A stretch of 32,934 bases of DNA from Euryarchaeota archaeon UBA550 (GTDB taxonomy: Archaea; Thermoplasmatota; Poseidoniia; Poseidoniales; Poseidoniaceae). The DNA lies in contig DAYA01000065.1 of NCBI GenBank assembly GCA_002506705.1, positions 1 through 32,934 on the forward strand, given 5' to 3'. A program made the position numbers and the translations under genes. Within the stretch, counting starts at the first letter, position 1. The number at the start of each line of letters is the position of its first letter. Below the pieces are notes generated by a model. It was not told the origin of the DNA. It saw only the letters and a program-made list of their open reading frames with translations, and did not search any database. Positions 23,947 through 32,934 of the stretch are shown piece by piece.

Positions 23947-26900
23947 TCACAGGTCCAAGTCGTCAAGAATGTCGGCTAAGGCCTGTGAGGCTGGCGTCGG
24001 TGGTTGTTCTTGAACCATCGTCCTGTCGAGCAGCGAAGGAGCGGGTTCTGAGACGATCTGCTGTGGCAGCGGATTGTAACTCTGAACTGGCTGCTGAGGT
24101 TGGTAATTTTGCTGCACAGGTTGTGCGAAATCATTCACTGGAGCAGGTGGCATTGAGGCCAGATACTGCTCGCCGTAGTATGACCATTGCTCCATTGTCC
24201 AACCCTGAGGTAATCCTGAGGCGGGTAGAGGTGGTCCACCGCTCACAGGTTGTGGCGGTGGCGTCTGGTCAAATTGTTGAGGAGCAGAAGTTGGTGCTTC
24301 TGACACGACAGATGGTGGTGAATCATTCCAAGCGTAATCTCCCATGTGCTTCGTCTCAATAACTACGTTGTCAGAATCCCTTCTACGAATTAGTAGTAGG
24401 GCTAGTAGGACCACGATTACTACTCCAAGTATACCACCAACAGCGGTTGTTGTCGTAACACCAAACAGTCCTTCACTTTCCTTTGCACTAACTTCAACTA
24501 ACACAGACGCAGTACTTGACTTTCCGTCGTCATCGGTAACTGTTAGGTTCACGAAGTATTTCCCTGGAGTGTCGAACTTAATGGTGAAGGTTTCCCCAGC
24601 ACCATCTTGTGTTGCTCCCTCAGTATTAGGATCGTCCCAGATGAACTGTAGGTTGCTGCGGTCGGTAGCGGAGTCGGTTGAATTAGCACCGTTGAATGTG
24701 ATAGATTCTCCCTCGGTAATCTTGAATCCATCTGCTGGAATGAATATGTTAGCTGCTGGAGGGCGGTTCACAATTGTTACATCAATCGTGAACGAGTCAG
24801 ATTCATTATCATCGTCCCAAACATTAGCAGTGACACTCTTGAGTCCAGATAGAGACCAAGAGTATACTAGGTCGGGTCCTTCAACGTCACAATCGTCACT
24901 CATTATTCCGTTTCCATCAGAATCTATTGATGACAACAGGTCCCAGCAGTACATCAGAACATCTTGGTCAGCAAAGTCGAGGGCAAATGCACTCAAGTTC
25001 AAAACTTCATCTTCGAACAAAGCCTGTTGAGCAGGGAGTGCATCTAATACTGGCGCTATGTTGTTGACACGTACGTATCCAATGACATCATCACTCTTCA
25101 CACCGTCGTTATCAGTTGCAAATGTCTTCACTTCGTACAACCCAGATTTACCCCATGATGCTGTAACAGATGAGGAAGGACCGGAGGTTGTGATGCTCCA
25201 ATTTTGGTCTGTAGCATCTGGATACCAAGATATCAGAAGACTTTCCTTGTCGCTAAGAGTGTCATTAGCATCGATTTCTAGAGTCGCAACTACGTCTTCA
25301 TCAATTGTCCATGTACCATCTTCGGCAGGTAGGTACGGTATGCCATCGATCGCAAATCTCATTTCACCGGCTGTAGGTGCGACGTTCAAAACTTCATATG
25401 TGAGGAATGCAGAGGTTGATTCATTGTCGTCATCGGTGACTACAACCTCAATCTCTTGAACTCCCTCTACCTCTGGGGTGAATGTACAGATTGGTCCCAA
25501 TAGAGTTCCTTCGCATGTACTACCTGGCCACGAAATTTCTACTTCCTGGCCTTCTTCAGATATTGTATCGATATCGCCGCTGTCCGATGCATCGAATGTA
25601 ATTGGTTGACCTGCTTCAACTACCGGTGTAGATGCGGTCAAGTTAACGTAAGGTGCGCGATTTAGAATTGTAGCATTCATCGTCATGTGAACCTCATCCA
25701 ACTCGTCGTCTACAACAATCACCTTGACTTCCCAATCTCCGTCATCAGCCCAAAACCAACTGGTAGTGCACGTGGTTGATTCGATTAATTCTGTGCGAAT
25801 ACCGTCACTTGTTGGTTCTTTGATTTCGAAGTAGCATTCAACATCTCCACCATCGTTATCATATGATGCAGATGCGTCGATTGTTACATTTTCAAAGGTG
25901 TACACGTTGTCGCTTAAGGTAAGGTCAGCAACTGGTAGCCTGCCAATGAAAATGTCCAATTCAGCGTAGTTGTTTGTTCTATTTGCATCAGCGGTAACGA
26001 CGTTATCTGGGTCAACCATGAATGAAAGCGTCTGGGTGCCAATTGCGGCATCTACTGGAACAGACCAGTTTACACTTACCCTTGCTTCATTGTAGGGAGA
26101 AATTGGAGGAATATTACCTCTTACAGTGGTACCATCCGGTGTTGTAATTTCCATTTCAGTAGCCGGTGATGTTAGCACGCCTCTGTTTTGAGCAGGTATT
26201 TGGAATTCCAGGGTATCACCGGGTAGTGCATTGTAGCCACTTGCTTGGGACAGAATAGTAGAGTCTGAGCCTCTTGTCCTAGTGACAATCATTGATTCTG
26301 GTTTAGCAATCAAGTCAACTCCTACCACAGACAAATCCATCACGATAGTGCCAGCGCCGATAATTTTGTTCACAGGGTCCCAAATGATGACTCCGTTGCT
26401 TGACCAATCATCGGATGCAGCTGATGCATCTCTGGAATCCCCAACGTCCAAATCGGGCGCAACTTTACCGTCAGAGTCAGTGGTTAAACTCATGATAGTG
26501 CCTTCGGATTCATAGCGTAACTGAAGGTTAGTGCCGACTTCTCCGACACCATTAACGGTTAGATAACCTACAACCTCTTCAGTAGCGTTTGGCAGTATTG
26601 CAACGAACTCAGGGGTGACTCCGATCGCTACATTCCTTATTCCCGGCGAAGATCCAGCAACAACTCCTGCACTGTCCATAGGTTCGTAGGACTTCAGTTT
26701 CCAATCGATAGTAAATCCTGCAGGGTTATCGATCTGATACCAAGCATAATTCCTCACTGCATCACAATACCAATCGTAGCCACCTGATACACCAGTGTTG
26801 TTCCAGTTGTTTACTTTAATCGAATTTGAGCATCCTGTGTATTCAATGCCATCTCCATCTTCGGTAGGTGTTCCGTTAAGGGTTGCTTGATAGGTTGTGT

Positions 26901-27585
26901 TATCTTCAACATATGGGGTGCTGAATTCTCCAGGGTCAAAGTAGTCGGAAGTACCTGATACGACTGTAGTTGAATTGTAATTCGCAACCCACTGGTCGCC
27001 TGTTCTTAGTGGGAAGTCATACTTCTCTCGTGGTGGGTTGTAAACTGTGGCGAATTCCAAGTCTTCAGCCAGGATTTGTGTAGCAATGGTTACAGGGAAA
27101 CCGAAGAAATACGGGATGAACCTGACAGTTAGCGAGAAGGTCTGGTTCCATTGGGCAAGGTCAGAAGCAGTGAATATGTCTTGGCCACGGTAGTCGATTT
27201 CTACTCTACCAGTGTAAGAGTCGCCTTCTGGGGTTGTGATTTGAGAATTAGAACCAGTTTGGAAATCTCCTGATACGTCAACTATGTAGACAAGTCTCTG
27301 AACTCCTTCTACCATCATGAAAGTGATGTTTACAACTTCGACGGTGGTGTCTCCAGTTAGTGTATCAATCGATGCTGAAACGTTGGCTTGCGCAATCAAA
27401 TCATTGACGTCAAATCCGGTCTCATAGACCCATTTGTCACCGATTCTCCAATTGGGTACGTCGAATACATCGTTGGAGTTAGCACCGCTATATTCGATGC
27501 TCTTCTCCTCCAATTCATCAATCATTGAAAGTGGTCCATATGCTGTCAAAATAACGACGATTAAAATCGGAATTACCTTTCGCAT
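23947..27585 (-). CDS. Large cell-surface protein with CARDB and PKD domains, C-terminal TM and Pro/Gln-rich tail with GLPQGWTMEQW motif
   Basis: Signal peptide; WRIGDKWVY N-domain; VDPDNVV...NN (CARDB); PKD repeats (DASASYDNDG, VNLTVTDDDG); DSDGNG Ca-binding-like loop; TM followed by RRR. Confidence 0.88.
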   Translation of the reverse strand: MRKVIPILIVVILTAYGPLSMIDELEEKSIEYSGANSNDVFDVPNWRIGDKWVYETGFDVNDLIAQANVSASIDTLTGDTTVEVVNITFMMVEGVQRLVYIVDVSGDFQTGSNSQITTPEGDSYTGRVEIDYRGQDIFTASDLAQWNQTFSLTVRFIPYFFGFPVTIATQILAEDLEFATVYNPPREKYDFPLRTGDQWVANYNSTTVVSGTSDYFDPGEFSTPYVEDNTTYQATLNGTPTEDGDGIEYTGCSNSIKVNNWNNTGVSGGYDWYCDAVRNYAWYQIDNPAGFTIDWKLKSYEPMDSAGVVAGSSPGIRNVAIGVTPEFVAILPNATEEVVGYLTVNGVGEVGTNLQLRYESEGTIMSLTTDSDGKVAPDLDVGDSRDASAASDDWSSNGVIIWDPVNKIIGAGTIVMDLSVVGVDLIAKPESMIVTRTRGSDSTILSQASGYNALPGDTLEFQIPAQNRGVLTSPATEMEITTPDGTTVRGNIPPISPYNEARVSVNWSVPVDAAIGTQTLSFMVDPDNVVTADANRTNNYAELDIFIGRLPVADLTLSDNVYTFENVTIDASASYDNDGGDVECYFEIKEPTSDGIRTELIESTTCTTSWFWADDGDWEVKVIVVDDELDEVHMTMNATILNRAPYVNLTASTPVVEAGQPITFDASDSGDIDTISEEGQEVEISWPGSTCEGTLLGPICTFTPEVEGVQEIEVVVTDDDNESTSAFLTYEVLNVAPTAGEMRFAIDGIPYLPAEDGTWTIDEDVVATLEIDANDTLSDKESLLISWYPDATDQNWSITTSGPSSSVTASWGKSGLYEVKTFATDNDGVKSDDVIGYVRVNNIAPVLDALPAQQALFEDEVLNLSAFALDFADQDVLMYCWDLLSSIDSDGNGIMSDDCDVEGPDLVYSWSLSGLKSVTANVWDDDNESDSFTIDVTIVNRPPAANIFIPADGFKITEGESITFNGANSTDSATDRSNLQFIWDDPNTEGATQDGAGETFTIKFDTPGKYFVNLTVTDDDGKSSTASVLVEVSAKESEGLFGVTTTTAVGGILGVVIVVLLALLLIRRRDSDNVVIETKHMGDYAWNDSPPSVVSEAPTSAPQQFDQTPPPQPVSGGPPLPASGLPQGWTMEQWSYYGEQYLASMPPAPVNDFAQPVQQNYQPQQPVQSYNPLPQQIVSEPAPSLLDRTMVQEQPPTPASQALADILDDLDL

Positions 27586-27605
27586 GGTGTGGCGTAGAAC
27601 ACCAC

Positions 27606-30600
27606 TTACATTTGATTATGTTTGTTTACAGTTTCTCGTTGTTCCGTGTATTGGTGGCCGTAATGTTGCCACTGCTCCATTGTCCATCCGACAGGAAGGC
27701 CGCCCTCTGGAAGTGGTAATGTCTCCATTGTGCTTTCCGGCTTTTGAATGTCTACGTTTTCACCTGTGAACATGTCCATGGAAGGTGCTTCCATTGGAGC
27801 GATTATCTCAGGCAAATCATCCGCTTCCCAAACGGACTCTTTCTTCTTCTGTCCACGCTTCAGGAAGAATACAATCGCAGCTATTCCGATTGAAATGCCC
27901 AGTAGTTGGAAGAATGGATTCGCACCTTCTCCAGCGAGCGATTCAACAACTTGCTCGAATGCTGTCATATCGGGCGAATTTACCTCGATAACAACGCTTT
28001 TACTATTTGGTCTGAGTATTTCTTCATCCCAAGCAATTGCCTTGATTTCGAATTTACCAGCCCTTGGGAATTCGTACTCAACAACAGTGCCAACCAAGTC
28101 AGCATCGTTATCTTTGATACCATCCCCATCACTATCTACAGAGCAGTCGACATCCCATACCACGGTCAGGTATTCTTTGTCAATTGGTGAGTCACGAGTT
28201 GCTGATGCGTCTAGCTTTACAGTCTCTCCTGCAATCGCTTTACTCGGGGTGTTGACCATGACCAATGGTGGAAGGTTGAGAACGGTTACCGCAGCAGAGG
28301 ATGAGTTCCTTGCCCCGTTATCATCTGTTGCGTGGAATACGACGTTGTAAACGCCCGAGTTTTGCCACGACCAAGTGAGGTTTGCTCCTTCAACGTCACA
28401 GTCGTCGTCTGCAGAACCAATGCCATCTGTGTCCGCACCAGGGTCTGTGTCCCAACAGACGACTAGAGATTCCATGTCTGATGGAGTATCCCATGCGACT
28501 CCAGACAGAGTGAAACTTTGCCCCTCTGCAACAGCCATTACTTCTGGCAGTTCTTCGATTTGGGGCTCTAGGTTTTGTACATCCACCCATCTCTCGACCC
28601 ATCCGCTGTCTTCTCCTTCTGAGTCGATCGCTTTGACTAGGACTGTTTTCATCCCAGCATCATTCCATACCATCGGCACCCTAGATTCTCTTCCGTCAGT
28701 TTTGAACCCGAATGACCATTCGTAACTCAGATCTGTCAAATCATCGATAGAATCTTCTGCTCGGGCTGATAGTTCAATTTCTTGATCTTCTTGAATTTGC
28801 CAAGTTAGTTGGGCACCAGCATCGATTAGGTTATCATTATCGTCCCACATTGTAACAGCAACATCATGAGGTGCAATATTCGTGAATTCAATGTTTATCG
28901 AAGCATAGGTTTGGTTTCCATCATCGTCGGTACCAACTGCGGTGAATGTTTGCAGACCTTCTTCCCACGCAGTAGTTGTACACACTCGTGTGTAGTAACC
29001 TTCCTCACACTTCGCACTAGGCCAGTGAATATCCACCAAACCGGGCCATGCATCCTCAGAGTCTGAATCATTGGCAAAGACATAGAGAGTTACAGGGTGT
29101 TCGACCTTGACTTGTGAGCGTTGTGAAGTGATTGAGACGCTCGGTGCTCGGTTTAGAATTTCAAATTCGATTGAATCTGTAGTCTCATCTCCTTCTTCAT
29201 CGTATACCGTGACTAAAATCGAGTATAACCCGTCGTCTATCCAAGTCCAATTAACCGAGCATCCATCTCGCATAATTTTCTGATACGCTGTAGTTCTGCT
29301 ACCATCATCATACTCAATGTTGAACTCACACCAAACATCTCCGCCATCCTCGTCGAAGGAAGAAGATGCGTCGATGAGGATTTTTTCGTTGGTCCACGTG
29401 GATTTGTTTTCTGCGACAAAAGTAGGCGCACTGCCAACGAATATCGAAAGGATTCCGATGTCGTTGCTTGAATTAGCATCGTTCGTGTTGACCGATTGCT
29501 TGTCAACCTCATATTCTACTGTGATATTTTCAATGCTAGAATTAATGTCAACAACCCATTCCATTTCGAAAATAAATTGCTCATAAAATGCTAGAGCAGG
29601 AAGGGACTCAGCCACCTCATATCCATCCGGATAGGTTATGTGGACTGTTGTTGGTGCACTGGTTGTAACACCTCTGTTGTATACTGGTAGTTGGATTCCT
29701 AAAACATCGCCTGGCAAAACATTGAATCCAGATATCGAGTTCAATGTTGTAAGTTCACCACTTCGATTGCGTAGAATACTTGCTCTCTCAAGACCAGCTA
29801 CTAAGTCCAAACCTACTATGTTCTCGTCTAGGGTTATCGTTGCTACTCCGTACATACCTGCACTAACAGCAACGATTCCATGACTTGCCCAGTCCACAGT
29901 TGTGGCAGATGTATCAGTGGCTTCTCCAACTTGGACAATTGCCCAGAAACTTCCATTACTTGATGTGACACCACTTACGGTGAAGCCTTCTGCCTCGTGT
30001 CTAATTTCCACTGCTTGTCCAGATTGTGGTGCGCCTGATGAATCTGTAACGTTAGCCCATACCTCAATTGGTGTGTTCAGTGCGGTTATTTCAGAGGATA
30101 ACTCGACGTCTATGTTCATGTTTCTGTAGCCCGGATTAGTACTTGCTACAACGCCACTTGAGGCAACTGGCATGTATTGTTTTAGTCTAAAATCGATGAC
30201 CAATCCAATATCTTCCTCTGTATTGGACCAAGCATAATTTCTGACTTCAGGACAGAACCACTCGAAGGATGTCTTAGTTCCATTATCATCGTAAGAAGTT
30301 AATTCATAAGATGCATTACACCCACCGTAAGCAATTTGCTCTCCGAGGCTATTAATCGGCTTTCCAACATCTGTAATTTCCCAATTTGTGTGATTTGCAC
30401 CACTAGTTGGTTGCGGGAATGGTGTGATGTAATCAGATGCTCCTGACCAAGCGGTTGAGGAAACATAGGATGTATTCCATGTCTCGCCAATTCGAAGCGG
30501 GAAGTCGTAATTTTCACTCATAGGGTCATAATCGGTACTGATTGTAATATCTGCAATTTGTTGAGTTAGAGAAGAGATTCCATATGGAACGTATCTAACA

Positions 30601-31022
30601 TTCAGCGATAGGTCCGTTGACAGTTTTGCAAGGTCTGAAACTCTTCTTACCTCGTCAACCTGGTACTGAATAAACAAATTTCCAGTGTATCCTTCTAGTG
30701 CGACCCCACCTTTGTCGAAATCGGCCTTTGATGAAGTTTCATAGACAAGGGTTGGTACACCCTCGACATCGATTTCACTAACGGCATCTACAGTCGTTGT
30801 TGCATCTCCGTTGATAGTTCCCACCACAGCGTCAACACCAGCGTCTTGCACTAACACTGTTGGGTCAAATGCACCTGCGTAAACCCACTTATCGCCAACT
30901 CTCCAAGTTACAGTATCGGTAACTCCGGGATCTTCTCCACCAAGGTTAGATGCCTCAGCAGGAGTGGGTATCACCAAGGTCGAAAGGAGAATGATGATCG
31001 CAACCATCAACTCCCTGCGCAT
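27606..31022 (-). CDS. Large cell-surface CARDB/PKD protein, tandem paralog of 23947..27585, with GLPVGWTMEQW motif
   Basis: Signal peptide; WRVGDKWVY, YDFPLRIGETW, WFCPEVRNYAW, FNVLPGD, ILNRAP collinear with the neighbour; DTDGIG and DSDGDG loops; TM followed by KR. Confidence 0.88.
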   Translation of the reverse strand: MRRELMVAIIILLSTLVIPTPAEASNLGGEDPGVTDTVTWRVGDKWVYAGAFDPTVLVQDAGVDAVVGTINGDATTTVDAVSEIDVEGVPTLVYETSSKADFDKGGVALEGYTGNLFIQYQVDEVRRVSDLAKLSTDLSLNVRYVPYGISSLTQQIADITISTDYDPMSENYDFPLRIGETWNTSYVSSTAWSGASDYITPFPQPTSGANHTNWEITDVGKPINSLGEQIAYGGCNASYELTSYDDNGTKTSFEWFCPEVRNYAWSNTEEDIGLVIDFRLKQYMPVASSGVVASTNPGYRNMNIDVELSSEITALNTPIEVWANVTDSSGAPQSGQAVEIRHEAEGFTVSGVTSSNGSFWAIVQVGEATDTSATTVDWASHGIVAVSAGMYGVATITLDENIVGLDLVAGLERASILRNRSGELTTLNSISGFNVLPGDVLGIQLPVYNRGVTTSAPTTVHITYPDGYEVAESLPALAFYEQFIFEMEWVVDINSSIENITVEYEVDKQSVNTNDANSSNDIGILSIFVGSAPTFVAENKSTWTNEKILIDASSSFDEDGGDVWCEFNIEYDDGSRTTAYQKIMRDGCSVNWTWIDDGLYSILVTVYDEEGDETTDSIEFEILNRAPSVSITSQRSQVKVEHPVTLYVFANDSDSEDAWPGLVDIHWPSAKCEEGYYTRVCTTTAWEEGLQTFTAVGTDDDGNQTYASINIEFTNIAPHDVAVTMWDDNDNLIDAGAQLTWQIQEDQEIELSARAEDSIDDLTDLSYEWSFGFKTDGRESRVPMVWNDAGMKTVLVKAIDSEGEDSGWVERWVDVQNLEPQIEELPEVMAVAEGQSFTLSGVAWDTPSDMESLVVCWDTDPGADTDGIGSADDDCDVEGANLTWSWQNSGVYNVVFHATDDNGARNSSSAAVTVLNLPPLVMVNTPSKAIAGETVKLDASATRDSPIDKEYLTVVWDVDCSVDSDGDGIKDNDADLVGTVVEYEFPRAGKFEIKAIAWDEEILRPNSKSVVIEVNSPDMTAFEQVVESLAGEGANPFFQLLGISIGIAAIVFFLKRGQKKKESVWEADDLPEIIAPMEAPSMDMFTGENVDIQKPESTMETLPLPEGGLPVGWTMEQWQHYGHQYTEQRETVNKHNQM

Positions 31023-31148
31023 GTTTGCTCATGAGTGAAGCGAATAGATATAGATGCGGGCAGATATTGTAATTATTCTCATTTAAAAAATAAATCAATG
31101 GCTCAAATCAGGGCATACACTCATGTCTAATGTCAAACTCGCCAAACT

Positions 31149-32021
31149 ATGCGCTGGTATGCATACAATGGTGATGCAGACGGCATTTGTTCTATGGTTC
31201 AATGGGGTTTAGTCTACGGAATCGAAGGACACCGGGTAACCGGTGTAAAACGCGATATCGAACTGCTGGAACGAGTTAATCCAAATCCCGATGACCAGAT
31301 TATCGTAATGGACATATCATTGGCGAGAAACCACGCTAGAGCTGTAGAATTGTCAAGTCAAGGATTTGATATTACTTGGTTCGACCATCACTTAGCAGGT
31401 GAGCCAATCGATGGAATTACCACAAATGTAGATACATCTGCAAATGTTTGTACCGCGAGAATAGTCGAGAAGTTTCTAGGTGTGGAATCAGATTGGGCGC
31501 AAGTTGCATTACACGGAGACGGCCTTTCGGTTCATTCAAGTAAACCTGAATTCAAAGAACTTGGAGAGTTGCTGAACTACAACGGGTATGGAGCAGACCT
31601 CTCAGATTTGCATTTCCATCCTGATGACCTCTTACTGCTGTGCCTTCAAGCAAAGACGCCACAAAATTTCATGGAAACGCAAGCCTTCATGACCCTGAAA
31701 AATGGGTTTGAGTCTGATTTATCAAATGCTAAAAACATTGAACTGAACAATGGATATTATCTCCTGCCAAATGAGGCATGGGCAAGGCGTGTTGTGGGTG
31801 TAATGGCCCATAGAATAAACGAGAGTGGCGATGGTCCTCACGTGATTGCTATCGACAAAGGAGAGACCTTGCAAGTGTCGATTAGGGGCATTGAAGGCAT
31901 AGGCGAGCTTTGCAAAATGTTTGGTGGAGGTGGACGTGCTACTGCTGGTGGCATCGATGCATTGCCAAAGAGTGAGATAACAGCCTTGATGAAGGAAGTC
32001 TACTCCCGAAGGTCTGCTTGA
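31149..32021 (+). CDS. DHH family phosphoesterase (NrnA-like, candidate pAp phosphatase)
   Basis: NGDADG, MDIS, FDHH, HGD, C-terminal QVSIR...GGGGRATAGG (DHHA1-like). Confidence 0.85.
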   Translation: MRWYAYNGDADGICSMVQWGLVYGIEGHRVTGVKRDIELLERVNPNPDDQIIVMDISLARNHARAVELSSQGFDITWFDHHLAGEPIDGITTNVDTSANVCTARIVEKFLGVESDWAQVALHGDGLSVHSSKPEFKELGELLNYNGYGADLSDLHFHPDDLLLLCLQAKTPQNFMETQAFMTLKNGFESDLSNAKNIELNNGYYLLPNEAWARRVVGVMAHRINESGDGPHVIAIDKGETLQVSIRGIEGIGELCKMFGGGGRATAGGIDALPKSEITALMKEVYSRRSA

Positions 32022-32030
32022 GGTGATTCT

Positions 32031-32934
32031 TTGCAGGACAGGATGACGCATCTTCAGAGGTTGGAGGCTGAGGCAATCCACATCATGAGAGAAGTCGTCG
32101 CAGAGGCAGAAAACCCAGTTATGCTGTATTCCGTGGGTAAGGATTCATCGGTTATGCTTCATTTAGCGATGAAGGCATTTTACCCAGCAAAACCTCCTTT
32201 TCCAATTATGCATATCGACACGATGTGGAAGTTCTCAGAGATGATCGAATTCAGAGACAAAATGGCTGATGACCTCGGCTTAGAATTAATTGTTCACATT
32301 AATCCTGAAGGCAAGGAAATGGGCATGAATCCATTTGTTCACGGCTCTTCGACACATACTGACGTCATGAAAACCCAAGGACTCAAGCAGGCTCTCGATA
32401 ATTATGGATTTGATGTCGCATTTGGCGGTGCTAGAAGAGATGAAGAGAAATCTCGTGCCAAGGAGAGAATATTCTCTTTCAGAAATGAAAACCACCACTG
32501 GGACCCGAAGCGGCAACGCCCGGAGTTGTGGAATGTTTACAACTCTAGAAAAAATCAGGGAGAATCAATTCGTGTTTTTCCACTGTCAAATTGGACAGAA
32601 TTAGATATCTGGCAATACATCCACCTTGAGAATATTCCAATCGTTCCGCTTTACCTGGCAAAACCTCGGCCTGTAGTCGAAAGAGATGGTGTCCTGATTC
32701 TAGTTGATGATGACCGTTTGCCAATGGAAGAAGGTGAAGAGCCGATGATGAAAACGGTTCGATTCAGAACTCTTGGTTGCTACCCATTAACCGGTGCAGT
32801 GGAATCAGAAGCAGACACTTTACCAGATGTTATTCAAGAGATGCTACTTACTACAACCTCAGAAAGAGAAGGCAGGGTCATCGATTTCGATAGCACTGCT
32901 TCGATGGAAAAGAAAAAGCAAGAGGGGTATTTCT
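32031..32934 (+). CDS. cysD: Sulfate adenylyltransferase subunit 2 (stop codon probably just beyond the window)
   Basis: Manual translation: (M)[21 protein letters not shown]...YSVGKDS...[15 protein letters not shown]...[11 protein letters not shown]...[11 protein letters not shown]...[14 protein letters not shown] start 4 nt after GAGGTGA; alternative ATG at 32043. Not in the ORF track. Confidence 0.96.
   Translation, partial: MQDRMTHLQRLEAEAIHIMREVVAEAENPVMLYSVGKDSSVMLHLAMKAFYPAKPPFPIMHIDTMWKFSEMIEFRDKMADDLGLELIVHINPEGKEMGMNPFVHGSSTHTDVMKTQGLKQALDNYGFDVAFGGARRDEEKSRAKERIFSFRNENHHWDPKRQRPELWNVYNSRKNQGESIRVFPLSNWTELDIWQYIHLENIPIVPLYLAKPRPVVERDGVLILVDDDRLPMEEGEEPMMKTVRFRTLGCYPLTGAVESEADTLPDVIQEMLLTTTSEREGRVIDFDSTASMEKKKQEGYF

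Noticed and set aside
256-32604. Numerous 60-230 aa alternative-frame and antisense ORFs (e.g. 1372..1965+, 4268..4738+, 24344..25030+, 27748..28350+, 31722..32081-)
   Set aside because: They lie within well-supported genes, many have the Ser/Thr/Pro-rich composition typical of antisense shadows of acidic proteins, and none has a recognisable motif.

Overview
Gene-dense archaeal chromosomal segment. Csl4, NMD3, a METTL5-type methylase, bifunctional PGI/PMI, a single-domain KaiC-like ATPase, archaeal SepF and large PKD/CARDB surface proteins with a GLPxGWTMEQW tail suggest Marine Group II / Ca. Poseidoniales (inference, no search run). I call 23 CDS. Three are missing from the ORF track: a truncated radical SAM gene at the left edge, a 49-aa CcmD-like gene, and cysD at the right edge. 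I found no rRNA, tRNA, CRISPR array or mobile element. Most notable: (1) exosome subunit Csl4 fused to two canonical RRM domains; (2) a compact ccmA-B fusion / ccmC / ccmD-like cassette with no ccmE/F in the window; (3) a rhomboid next to a 1.6-kaa membrane-anchored subtilase, plus two paralogous surface proteins sharing a WW-like cytoplasmic motif, directly upstream of sepF; (4) three intergenic CCC-GTA-GGG hairpins with covarying stems; (5) a recurrent TT(C/G)AA(A/G) promoter box used bidirectionally; (6) a bacterial-like DHH phosphoesterase-cysD pair. All functional calls come from motif recognition by eye.
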